A stretch of 32,000 nucleotides of DNA. Origin: Sinorhizobium meliloti (GTDB lineage: Bacteria > Pseudomonadota > Alphaproteobacteria > Rhizobiales > Rhizobiaceae). The number at the start of each line of letters is the position of its first letter. Position 1 is the stretch's first letter. Position numbers and translations under genes: made by a program. The DNA is taken from NCBI RefSeq assembly GCF_017876815.1, contig NZ_JAGIOS010000003.1, positions 750,001 to 782,000 on the forward strand, read 5' to 3'. Shown piece by piece: positions 8,832-17,493 of this stretch. The notes beneath the pieces were generated by a model that saw only the letters and a program-made list of their open reading frames with translations, had not been told where the DNA came from and did no database searches.

Positions 8832-9919
8832 ATTCCAATCCGATCAAAGTCGGCATCATCGGCGTCCATCCGGAAAAGGGCTGGGCCGCAACCGCCCACA
8901 TCCCTGCTCTCAAAGCGTTGCCCGAGTTTCGCATCACGGCTGTGAGCCACAACAAGCCGGAGATAGCCCGCGCGGCCGCCCTGAAGTTCGGCGCGGATCA
9001 CGGCTTCGGAACAACGGATGAACTGGTGAACGATCCGAATGTCGATCTCGTTGTGGTGACGGTCAAGGTCCCACGTCACCTTGAACTCGTAACGAAGGCC
9101 TTGGTCGCGGGTAAGGCCGTCTTTTCGGAGTGGCCTCTGGGAATGAACCTGCCTGACGCAGAAACGATGCTCGCGCTCGCCAAGTCGAAGAACGTGTTCA
9201 CCGCAATCGGCCTTCAAACGCGTTCCGTCCCAGCCGTCAGCTATATGAGGGACCTTATCAAAAACGGGTATGTTGGCGATGTCCTCTCAGTTTCGATCAT
9301 CGGGTCCGGCATCATCTGGGGCGAGGAGATCAGCGAGAGCTACCAGTATACCCTGGAGATGGCCAACGGAGCCTCCATGCTCCACGTGCCATTCGCCCAC
9401 ACGCTTGACGCTGCCCTCTATGCGCTCGGCTTGCGGCTGAAGTCCGTCAGCGGTGCGCTGTCGAACAGCCGTTCCGCGGTAAGGATAGCGGAGACCGGGA
9501 ACCAGATCGCGTTTACAGCGCCGGACCAGATTGTAGTTGGTGGCTTGCTTGAGAACGGCGCGGCGCTCAGCGCGCATTTCCGGGGCGGTCTCTCACGCGG
9601 GACGAATTTCCATATCGAGATCAACGGGACCAAGGGTGATCTCATACTGACGAGCCCTGTCGGCTACGTCGGTCTTGGGGGCTTCACTCTGAAAGGCGCA
9701 CAGCGAGACGAGCAAATGCACGAGTTGCCCGTGCCTTCGGACTACGAAACATCCGGTCTCGAAGACGGGTTCAGCCAAAGCGTTGGCGTCGCGTACTCGC
9801 GCATAGCGTCCGACATAACAAACCACACCAATCTCAGTCCGACGTTCGAAGACGCCGTAAACCTGCATCGGATTCTAAACGCCATCTGGTCCGGTAAAGC
9901 GGAACCGCACGATGTCTGA
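8828..9919 (+). CDS. Gfo/Idh/MocA family oxidoreductase
   Basis: ORF trimmed to ATG 8828 (MNSNPIKVGIIGV...). Rossmann N-terminus, then EWPL and a typical C-terminal alpha/beta domain. Translationally coupled to both neighbours. Confidence 0.85.
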   Translation: MNSNPIKVGIIGVHPEKGWAATAHIPALKALPEFRITAVSHNKPEIARAAALKFGADHGFGTTDELVNDPNVDLVVVTVKVPRHLELVTKALVAGKAVFSEWPLGMNLPDAETMLALAKSKNVFTAIGLQTRSVPAVSYMRDLIKNGYVGDVLSVSIIGSGIIWGEEISESYQYTLEMANGASMLHVPFAHTLDAALYALGLRLKSVSGALSNSRSAVRIAETGNQIAFTAPDQIVVGGLLENGAALSAHFRGGLSRGTNFHIEINGTKGDLILTSPVGYVGLGGFTLKGAQRDEQMHELPVPSDYETSGLEDGFSQSVGVAYSRIASDITNHTNLSPTFEDAVNLHRILNAIWSGKAEPHDV

Positions 9920-10937
9920 GAAAATGCAGGCACTCGTGGTAACCAAACCGGGCGGTCCCGAGGTGCTAAAGCTGCGCGAAGTCCGCCGCCCTCGCCTTAG
10001 GGACGAGTTGGACGTGCTTATCCGAGTGAAGGCGGCGGGCATCAATCCGGCTGACTGGCAGAACCGGAAGAACGGAGCCGTTTACGACAGCGAAGGAGGC
10101 TCCCCGTCTGGGCCAACGATCCTCGGCATTGATGGTGTCGGCGTGGTGGTGGAGGCCGGGCGAGAGGTGACCAACGTCCGAGTAGGCGACGAAGTTTGGT
10201 ACGTGGACGGCGGTTACGCCGGAAATCCGGGAAGCTACGCCGAATACAAGGTCGTACGCTCCGACTACGTGACAGCGAAGCCCGGAACGCTGGACTTTGC
10301 CGAAGCTGCTGCGCTTCCTGTCGTCGCACTGACGGCTTGGGAGGCGGTGTTCGAGAAGCGGCGGGTCGGGCAAGGAGATTATGTCCTCGTTCACGGCGGC
10401 GCGGGCGGGCTCGGGCACATCGCGATCCAGTACCTTGCTGCTCTTGGTGCAAAGATAGCGACCACCGTTTCGAGCGAGCAAAAGGCCGGCCTGGTGAAGA
10501 AGCTTGGCGCTGAACCGGTCATCAATTACCGCTCGGCGAAAGTCGAGGAAGCGTTGCACTCCTGGCGGGGTGAACCTGGAGCGAATGTCGTGTTCGACTT
10601 CGTGGGTCACAGCAATTTCGCCGAAAGCTTCTGTCACACTGGCTCGTACGGAAGACTCGTCAATACAGTGGTGTCCGATTGGCCCGTCGGCGGAAACGGC
10701 CCGGCCGAATGGAAATACATGGATATCAGCTTCGTGAACATAGGGCTTCCCCAGATCAGTCGCGACCATGCACAGCGACTCCGGCAAACCGTTGCGCTCA
10801 AACGGATTGCGGAACTCGTCGATCGAGGCGGTTTGCGAGCGCACATCGACCGGGTGGTTTCCTTCAGTGGAGTCGGTGAAGCCCAGAGGGCCTTGGCAGC
10901 CGGCGAAACGATGGGCAGGCCGGTGCTTTTGATCTGA
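9912..10937 (+). CDS. MDR-superfamily zinc-type alcohol dehydrogenase / NADPH:quinone oxidoreductase-like
   Basis: 341 aa. Has MQALVV...GPEVL, GINPADW, LTAWEA and VLVHGGAGGLGH. 8-nt overlap with the upstream gene. Confidence 0.85.
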   Translation: MSEKMQALVVTKPGGPEVLKLREVRRPRLRDELDVLIRVKAAGINPADWQNRKNGAVYDSEGGSPSGPTILGIDGVGVVVEAGREVTNVRVGDEVWYVDGGYAGNPGSYAEYKVVRSDYVTAKPGTLDFAEAAALPVVALTAWEAVFEKRRVGQGDYVLVHGGAGGLGHIAIQYLAALGAKIATTVSSEQKAGLVKKLGAEPVINYRSAKVEEALHSWRGEPGANVVFDFVGHSNFAESFCHTGSYGRLVNTVVSDWPVGGNGPAEWKYMDISFVNIGLPQISRDHAQRLRQTVALKRIAELVDRGGLRAHIDRVVSFSGVGEAQRALAAGETMGRPVLLI

Positions 10938-10997
10938 TCGAGATTGGCGGCGAGACCGTAATCCGGACTGACGCACCTGAGATACAAGCTCAATTCC

Positions 10998-11960
10998 ATG
11001 AAAGACCCTAGCAATGTCTCAACATATTCCATTGGATTCTCCTCGACAGCATCCGAGGTACTTTCCGGCATCGATTTGACCGGAAAAACGATGATCGTTG
11101 CAGGCGGAGCCAGCGGCATCGGTATCGAAACGGTAAAGAGCCTCGCCGGCGCGGGAGCATCGGTCACCATCGGGGCTCGGCGCGTCGGGGCCGCTGAAGA
11201 GGTCGCCGAGGCTCTCAGGAGAAAAACCGGCAATGAGAAGATAGACGTGCGTCCGCTCGATCTTTCTGATCTCAGGTCCGTTCGCACGTTCGTGGCCAAT
11301 TGGACAAACCGCTACACGCGCTCATCAACAATGCGGGCATCATGGCGCTGCCCGAGTTGGAGCGGTCACCCCGAAGGCTGTGAGATCCAGTTTGCAACAA
11401 ACTTTCTGGGGCACTTCGCGCTCACGCTCGGCGTTCACCCCCATCTCGCGAGGGCCCAGGGTGCGCGCGTTATGTCCGTAAGCTCGACAGGAAGCCTCTT
11501 TGGCCCGCTCTTCTGGGATGACCCGCATTTCCGCTTCATGCCCTACGATCCCCTCCTCGCGTACGCCCAGTCCAAGACCGCCTGTATTCTGCTTTCTATC
11601 GGCATCAAAGACCGCTGGGTCTCCGACGGCATCGTTTCCAACGCGCTCAACCCGGGTGCCATCGCGACCAACCTCCAACGCCATACGGGTGGCCTGAGGA
11701 CGCCTGAACACCTGCGCAAGACGCCCGAGCAAGGTGCTTCCACATCTGTGCTGCTGGCTGGCTCGCCGCTGGTGGAAGGGGTGAACGGTCGGTATTTCGA
11801 CCACTGCCAGGAAGCTCCGCTTGTTGCGCAGAGACCGGAAGGAAAGCTCGAAGGCGTAGCCCCGTATGCATTGGACAGCGCGAACGCGCATCGGCTTTGG
11901 GGCATGGCCGCGGACATCGTCGGAGAGCGGGCTGGATCCACTGGGCCTCGTCACACCTGA
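10998..11960 (+). CDS. SDR-family oxidoreductase, probably inactivated by a compensated double frameshift
   Basis: TGKTMIVAGGASGIGIE (Rossmann motif) and YAQSKTA (YxxxK) are in the open frame. The expected NNAG segment (DKPLHALINNAGIMALPELERS) is encoded in a different frame between about 11303 and 11369. Confidence 0.75.
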   Translation: MKDPSNVSTYSIGFSSTASEVLSGIDLTGKTMIVAGGASGIGIETVKSLAGAGASVTIGARRVGAAEEVAEALRRKTGNEKIDVRPLDLSDLRSVRTFVANWTNRYTRSSTMRASWRCPSWSGHPEGCEIQFATNFLGHFALTLGVHPHLARAQGARVMSVSSTGSLFGPLFWDDPHFRFMPYDPLLAYAQSKTACILLSIGIKDRWVSDGIVSNALNPGAIATNLQRHTGGLRTPEHLRKTPEQGASTSVLLAGSPLVEGVNGRYFDHCQEAPLVAQRPEGKLEGVAPYALDSANAHRLWGMAADIVGERAGSTGPRHT

Positions 11961-12690
11961 TGAACCCGGGCGTAATCATCGAGGCTGGGCGGCGTTACCG
12001 GTACTGGGACCGGCTTCCCCTCGGTGACCGGCGCCGCCTTGATCTCCGGCCGTGCCGCTTCGCCCGGAGTGAGTGCCACGAGCGCCGTATGCATCGCAGC
12101 GCTGGTTTTCGGTCCGACATCGCCGTCCACGCACTGGTCGGCCTGGAACTGAAGGACATTGTCCGCTCGGTAGCCGAGCAGCACGAGCGAGATCCGCGCC
12201 AACCTATCGAAGCGGTCGGCCAAGCCATTCTTGCCGCCGTTGATCTTCTTCGTGATGGTCTCGGCGTCGCCCTCGTCGGCCCAGCGGTTAAGGTCCCGGG
12301 TGTCCCAGTAGAACAGAGGCACCAGGCCTTCCCCCGGATCGGCATTGACCGCGTCCGGATCCTTGACGAAATCGGGGCAATCGAGGCCAGCGGCGCGACA
12401 CCAGTTGCGGAACTGGCGATAGTTGTCCTTGCCAGTGAGCTGCATTCCGGTGCGCCGCGGTAGAGATAACCGTCACCATCCTTCTCCAGCGTGTTGCCGA
12501 GATCGGTCCTTGTGTCGTAGCGCTGCTGCGTCGGCGTCGGCCCCCAGATCTCTCGATCGTAGCGGAAGTCTCCGCTTTCATACATCAGCTGGGCGAAATA
12601 CTGGGCGAGACGGTGCGGCCGATCCATGCCGAAGCGCTCACCGTACCTGTCCAGCGCCACAAGCACGGACGCGAGGTTGCTCTTGTTCAC
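11951..12690 (-). pseudogene. GH19 (chitinase/lysozyme-like) protein with C-terminal peptidoglycan-binding domain, frameshifted
   Basis: The N-terminal part (MNKSNLASVLVALDRYGERFG...GDGYLYRG) lies in ORF 11995..12690. The continuation MQLTGKDNYRQF...WDTRDLN...INGG plus PG_binding-like LLGY...FQ...DGDVGPKT lies in ORF 11951..12445. The frame switch is at about 12446-12456. Confidence 0.75.
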
Positions 12691-12894
12691 CCTGCCCTTT
12701 GCGGCAGAGCGAACCTACTGAGCGGTGATTGAAGTCTCCTGATTGTCGTTGGGGAATGGCTGGCGGGGGCTAAGCCGCACTGGCGCATGGCGGCCGGCAG
12801 TGTTCGGGTTTAAACTGACGTTGGTCGCTTTGCCCCCCCTCGCAGGCGGCCGGGAGGCTCGTCACCGGCCCGCGGCCCTTGACGGGCCTCGCCA

Positions 12895-12908
12895 TTGATC
12901 CACATCAA
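12895..12908. promoter_or_regulatory. perfect FNR/FixK(CRP-family) box TTGAT-N4-ATCAA
   Basis: TTGATCCACATCAA, extended to the 8+8 palindrome CCATTGAT-CCAC-ATCAATGG (12892-12911). Lies in a 300-bp intergenic region, about 90 bp upstream of ATG 12991. Confidence 0.55.
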
Positions 12909-12990
12909 TGGAAATGGGACTGGGACATGGACGATACCGAAGCGAAAAGCGCCGGCCCAATCGATGCGGCTTCTGACCTGAGGGCGGGAC

Positions 12991-14751
12991 ATGGTACACG
13001 CAGACCAACAGGGCGTCCCGGTCGACCCCGCAACTGCTCTACCCACCGAGGCGGAAGTTCTTGCGCAACTTGATCGAATCCGATTCAGCACCGAATTCGA
13101 TGCGCCGGAACGAGCCCGCCAATTCCTGGCCTATGTCGTCGGGGAGACGATTGCAGGCCGTGCCGATCGTATAAAGGCCTATTCAATAGCAACCGAAGTC
13201 TTCGGTCGAGATTCTTCCTTCGACGCTCAAACGGATCCGGCCGTGCGGATTGAAGCTGCCCGTATTCGACGCGCGCTCGAACGCTACTATCTGGTCGAGG
13301 GCCACAACGACCCGCTCATAATAAACATGCCGAAAGGCGCCTACGTACCGACGTTCGAAAGGCGCATCAAAGTGCATACTGAACCTGACCCCGGCCTCTT
13401 CGTGAGCGTCAGACGCAATTCGCCCTTCGGGAGCTCTCGGCAGCCATGGGCGTGGGTCGCGATCGCGGCGCTTGCCTTTGCCCTTGGTAGTCTGGCGGCA
13501 AACGCCCTGCTTCGTTCTATTACCCCGGCGGAGAGCGAGGATATGGCCGGATTCCGGCCAAACATCCCGAAACTCGCTGTGATGCCCTTTGAGGATCTTA
13601 CCGGAACACCGCACTCGGCGATGATAACACGAGGGTTCACGGACGAGGTCGTCGACAAAATTGCCAGATTCAAGGAGATCATTGTCGTCAGCCGAGAAAA
13701 ACTCGATGGCTCACCTGATCAGGCCGACGCCCCGGCTTATGCGCTGGAGGGGCGGGTTCGGCTCGACGGCGAAAAGCTTCGACTTGCAATAAGACTCGTA
13801 CAGCGGTCCGACGGGTCGGTGGTGTGGGCGAACAACTATGACGAAAGTCTTGCGACGCATAAGATTATCGCGTTGCAGGAAAAAGCCGCCGCCGCCGTGG
13901 CGACTGCTGTGGCACAACCCTATGGCGTCGTTTTCCAGGCGAACGCCGTGCGATTTACGCGCTCGGTTCCCGACGATTGGGAAGCATATGCGTGCACCTT
14001 GGCCTATTACGGCTATCGCAGCAACTTGAGCCCGCTAACGCATTCGTCGGTTCAAGAATGCCTGCAGCAAGCGACCCGACAGTTTCCAAACTACGCGACG
14101 GCTTGGGCACTTTTGTCGATGACCTATATCGACGAGCTCCGTTTCCAGTATCGTCTCGAGCGATCATCTCCGATTTCGCTGGAACACGCGGTCGCGGCAG
14201 CGGCGCGCGCCGTAGAACTGGATTCCCAGGACGTCCGTGCCCTGCAGGCGGAGATGCTCACCTTGTTCTTCCGTGGCGAAGTCGACGCGGCCTTGGCTGT
14301 CGGCGCGCGCGCCTTCGCGATCAATCCCAACGACACTGAACTTGCCGGTGAGTATGGTTTCCGGCGCGCCCTTTCCGGTCAATGGCGTTCAGGCTGCGAA
14401 CTTGTATCGCAAACTGTGGAGCGGAACCCCGGCCCGGTGGGATACTTCGAGGCGGCCTTGGCCATCTGCTCCTACATCGAGAGCGATTACGTGGCCGCCG
14501 AGCGATGGGCGCGCTTGGCTGACCTTCGCGCCAATCCCATTTACCGGGTCATATTGCTTGCCATTCTTGGGAAACTCGGCAAAGAGGAGCAAGCAAAGGA
14601 GGAACAGAATTGGTTGGAAACAAACGTTCCGGGCTTCCTCGAAAACATCCGAAAGGAGATCGCCTTGCGGATTCGTCGTCCTGAAGACCAGCAGCATTTC
14701 ATCGAAGGTTTGCGCGAGGCGGGTGTAACGATTCCGGAAGGTGGAGCGTAG
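12991..14751 (+). CDS. regulator-like protein: winged-helix-like N-domain, one TM segment, TolB-N-like module and TPR repeats
   Basis: 586 aa. N-terminal pattern RARQFLAYVVGETIAGRADRIKAYSIATEVFGR...DPAVRIEAARIRRALERYY...PKGAYVPTF. TM segment WAWVAIAALAFALGSLAANALL. LAVMPFEDLTG module. TPR-like C-terminal half. Confidence 0.7.
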   Translation: MVHADQQGVPVDPATALPTEAEVLAQLDRIRFSTEFDAPERARQFLAYVVGETIAGRADRIKAYSIATEVFGRDSSFDAQTDPAVRIEAARIRRALERYYLVEGHNDPLIINMPKGAYVPTFERRIKVHTEPDPGLFVSVRRNSPFGSSRQPWAWVAIAALAFALGSLAANALLRSITPAESEDMAGFRPNIPKLAVMPFEDLTGTPHSAMITRGFTDEVVDKIARFKEIIVVSREKLDGSPDQADAPAYALEGRVRLDGEKLRLAIRLVQRSDGSVVWANNYDESLATHKIIALQEKAAAAVATAVAQPYGVVFQANAVRFTRSVPDDWEAYACTLAYYGYRSNLSPLTHSSVQECLQQATRQFPNYATAWALLSMTYIDELRFQYRLERSSPISLEHAVAAAARAVELDSQDVRALQAEMLTLFFRGEVDAALAVGARAFAINPNDTELAGEYGFRRALSGQWRSGCELVSQTVERNPGPVGYFEAALAICSYIESDYVAAERWARLADLRANPIYRVILLAILGKLGKEEQAKEEQNWLETNVPGFLENIRKEIALRIRRPEDQQHFIEGLREAGVTIPEGGA

Positions 14752-15022
14752 TAATCTTCCCAAAGGTAGTTCGACCCGGTCGCATACTCATGTCGAGCGC
14801 CGTATTCATGAAGCTCGGTCAGCGGGTTCCGACGCCGTACCCGGCGCATCCAAATCATCAGCAAGTCTTGATCATGCTGAGGCTGACCGCCCCAACAAGA
14901 GGCGGATCAGGCTGTTGGAGAGAGTGCCGCCGAGCACCCCAACAGAATGACGACCGTCGGAGTCGAAACACCAGGGCATCGTTCACCGCCGGGTCGATCT
15001 GCTGCCCTGGGCACGATTTCTC

Positions 15023-17371
15023 CTAGCCGTAACGGCGGCTGCCGTTCACCTCTTTGCCTACAATTTCCCTTATGATAGTCAAAGTCTCTCTGGCGGCTTC
15101 CTTCGGCCGCAGAGCCGTATCGGCGACATTGCTCACAAGCTTCGTATTATTGTGGTCGATACCCTTCTCGGACCAGCGCTTTCCTTTGGCAACGGTAATA
15201 TAGACAGAATAAGCATGGTGCATCGTCCCGGGTCGTTCGCCGATAACATGGAGAATTCCCCTGAAGCTGTTTGGATCCGCGTTTTCGAACAGCATTTCGC
15301 CGATGCGGTAGCCGGCGCGCACCCGTCCGCTGGTGACCATGATGTTCTTGTCGCCCACGGTGACACCGGCCCCGGCAAGCAACCTGCGCATCTCCGCAAG
15401 GTAGGGTGCAAGATGCCCGTCGTCCATGATGGCTTTGGCGTTCAATCCATCCGAGATAACAACCTGGCCCTTCGGCAAGTCGTCTCCCCAGGAATCCCTT
15501 ATTCTTTCGATTTCCCGGATTCCTTCCGGGCTGAGCATTTCACCCGTATTGGGGTGGGCTATGTAATCGTTGCGGTCCTTGGACAAGGTGCGGACCGGCA
15601 CGACATCTGGTATGGCGGAAATGAACTCGGGAGTAAGTTCGGCCCAAAGAGATTGCTTCGCGTCGTCGTAGAGACCCTTCACCTTGGCTGCGAGCGTCGG
15701 ATTGAGATCCCATAAATTAGGCCCGTGGCCTGCGGCTAGGTCGACACCTCTCTCCTCAACTTCCCTCATCTTCTGGCGGCCCTCGGCGTAGATCGCGTCC
15801 TTGGACCGTCCATCCCCCTTGGCGAGCCGGTACTGGTAGTAGACCCAGAGAGGATCTGCGTAGTTCGCGGTATAGTTCCCGTCTCTACTCACGATGCCGA
15901 TTCGTTTGTAAAAGTCCCACATCGAGTCATTGACCTTGAAACCAAACTTGTCGCGCAATCGGACGTGATCCTGGAAGGATGTGGTGAGATAGCTCAGCAT
16001 CGGATCGTTCTTGGTAGGCAGCGCAATCAGATAAGCGGGATTAGCCGGCATGATCTGGTCCTGGCACCAATCCAGGTCGTCGAGGCTGACCGTCATGTGC
16101 AGGGTCGTGCAGATATCGAGGCCGATGGTGAGGCCATGGAGCTTGCCCATCACCATGTCCTCGAGACAGCACCGCACCAGTTGTTCCCGGCTCTTGAATA
16201 CTTCCGGTCCTATGAAGCCGGCGACATCGTTGACATGCAGCCATGCGCCTTCGGGCTGCACCTTCGCGAGTTCGATTCCGACCGCCCTGCTGAAGCCATA
16301 CTTCCGCGACTCAAGCACCATCATGTCGACGCCGTTCGCCGCACCGTTGGTGAACTCCGATCCCTGTCCGGTTTCGAAGTAAAGGCCATATCTCTCGCCC
16401 TTCTTCGCGCGGGCGTATTTCAGGATTTTCTCGTTCGTGATGTCGAAGATCTTGTTGCAGTCATCTGTTCCGGCAAGGCTCTGGAACATTGTGGAAACTG
16501 TTCCCGGAAAATTCGCGCCGGTTTCGGCCTGAACATCGATGTGCGCGAGCACGCACCATGGGATCACATCCGCCAGCCTGAACGTATCCACGATGTCCTT
16601 GAGCGCACGTTCAACCGCGGCCACGCTGCTTACAGTGCTGTCCACCGGGTTGGTGCCGATGACAATGTCGCCCGTCGCGTACGAGAAGGCATCGAAAACC
16701 TGCCAGGCGATGTCATCGGGATGGTCGGTGGGAGAATTCGGTTGGATACGGGCGCCCATATATCCCTTTGAACCCATCTTGGTGCCGGGCATCACATTGA
16801 AGATTTTCCGACTTAGGGAGATCAGCTCCTCATTGCTCATCAGTTTCGGAAGCAGGCCTATTGTGTCGCTCGTCAGGCCATCCATAATAGCTTTGATTTT
16901 TTCTTCTGTTTCGGTGATGAGAAATTTCGTCAACTGGCCCATCGTCCAGTCTTTGACATGTTCGTACTGGGCTTGGTCGGTGGTCTGCCAGATCAGTTTC
17001 TGGAGGTCGTCCTCAAACAGCGGGCGCTGGTAAAGATCCTTGATCTTGGTATTTGAAAGAAGAGCGCGAGCCTTTCTTCGACTTGCCTCATCCGCTGCTC
17101 CCACTCCAATCGCTTGATCTCCCTCTTTGAAATCATTCGCAGCGCCGATAACCTGCTGATAAGCAGCTTGATCGAAACCGCCTTTCTTTCTGCTGATGTA
17201 TGCAAAGACGTCCTCGCCGTGTTTCACATCATCGATTACGATGGTGAGTCCGCCAGAAGCGCTTTTGGCAGCGTGGCTGTAGCTTGCGAGCGTGGCGGTG
17301 GCTCCCGCCATTAACAGGAGATCTCGTCTGGTAAGCCCGTCACGCTGACGAGAGAACAAGCGCTTGCTCAT
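15023..17371 (-). CDS. ethanolamine ammonia-lyase-like EutB-EutC fusion protein with N-terminal twin-arginine signal
   Basis: 782 aa. Residues 1-37 read LTRRDLLLMAGATATLASYSHA/AK. Residues about 45-500 align with EutB (GVGAADE, YFETGQGSEF, VNDVAGFIGPEVF, LEDMVMGKLHGLTIGLDICTT, LSYLTTSFQDH). Residues about 620-770 align with EutC (VRTLSKDRNDYIAHP, QVVISDGLNAKAI, VIGERPG). AGGAAAGGAA RBS. Confidence 0.85.
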   Translation of the reverse strand: MSKRLFSRQRDGLTRRDLLLMAGATATLASYSHAAKSASGGLTIVIDDVKHGEDVFAYISRKKGGFDQAAYQQVIGAANDFKEGDQAIGVGAADEASRRKARALLSNTKIKDLYQRPLFEDDLQKLIWQTTDQAQYEHVKDWTMGQLTKFLITETEEKIKAIMDGLTSDTIGLLPKLMSNEELISLSRKIFNVMPGTKMGSKGYMGARIQPNSPTDHPDDIAWQVFDAFSYATGDIVIGTNPVDSTVSSVAAVERALKDIVDTFRLADVIPWCVLAHIDVQAETGANFPGTVSTMFQSLAGTDDCNKIFDITNEKILKYARAKKGERYGLYFETGQGSEFTNGAANGVDMMVLESRKYGFSRAVGIELAKVQPEGAWLHVNDVAGFIGPEVFKSREQLVRCCLEDMVMGKLHGLTIGLDICTTLHMTVSLDDLDWCQDQIMPANPAYLIALPTKNDPMLSYLTTSFQDHVRLRDKFGFKVNDSMWDFYKRIGIVSRDGNYTANYADPLWVYYQYRLAKGDGRSKDAIYAEGRQKMREVEERGVDLAAGHGPNLWDLNPTLAAKVKGLYDDAKQSLWAELTPEFISAIPDVVPVRTLSKDRNDYIAHPNTGEMLSPEGIREIERIRDSWGDDLPKGQVVISDGLNAKAIMDDGHLAPYLAEMRRLLAGAGVTVGDKNIMVTSGRVRAGYRIGEMLFENADPNSFRGILHVIGERPGTMHHAYSVYITVAKGKRWSEKGIDHNNTKLVSNVADTALRPKEAARETLTIIREIVGKEVNGSRRYG

Positions 17372-17493
17372 GGCCGATTCCTTTCCTGCAGGAGGTTCAG
17401 TGCAATGGGCAAATTTCGCACGAGCTTACCCCCGTGTGTCCAAAGCCCATACCGCAAATCCATGTCGTGCGTGCCACCGGAGTTTCAGCTGCG

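Noticed and set aside
12879-13073. ORF upstream of and overlapping the TPR-regulator start (MTGLAIDPHQWKW...), as a separate gene.
   Set aside because: It overlaps the FNR/FixK box and the 5' end of the 586-aa gene in another frame, and has no motif support. At most it hints at a frameshifted N-terminal extension.
14752-15022. Convergent 270-bp gap with ORF 14541..14864(-) and hydrophobic-looking frame fragments (for example VGVLGGTLSNSLIRLLLG), as a possible gene remnant or terminator.
   Set aside because: I recognised no family similarity, and found no convincing stem-loop plus T-run. The fragments are too short to call. BLASTX could revisit this.
17372-17493. Possible cobalamin riboswitch in front of the AdoCbl-type EutBC gene.
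   Set aside because: The gap is only 122 nt, and I could not find a B12-box-like core or the paired helices expected. It looks like a plain spacer with an AGGAAAGGAA RBS. A covariance-model scan would settle it.
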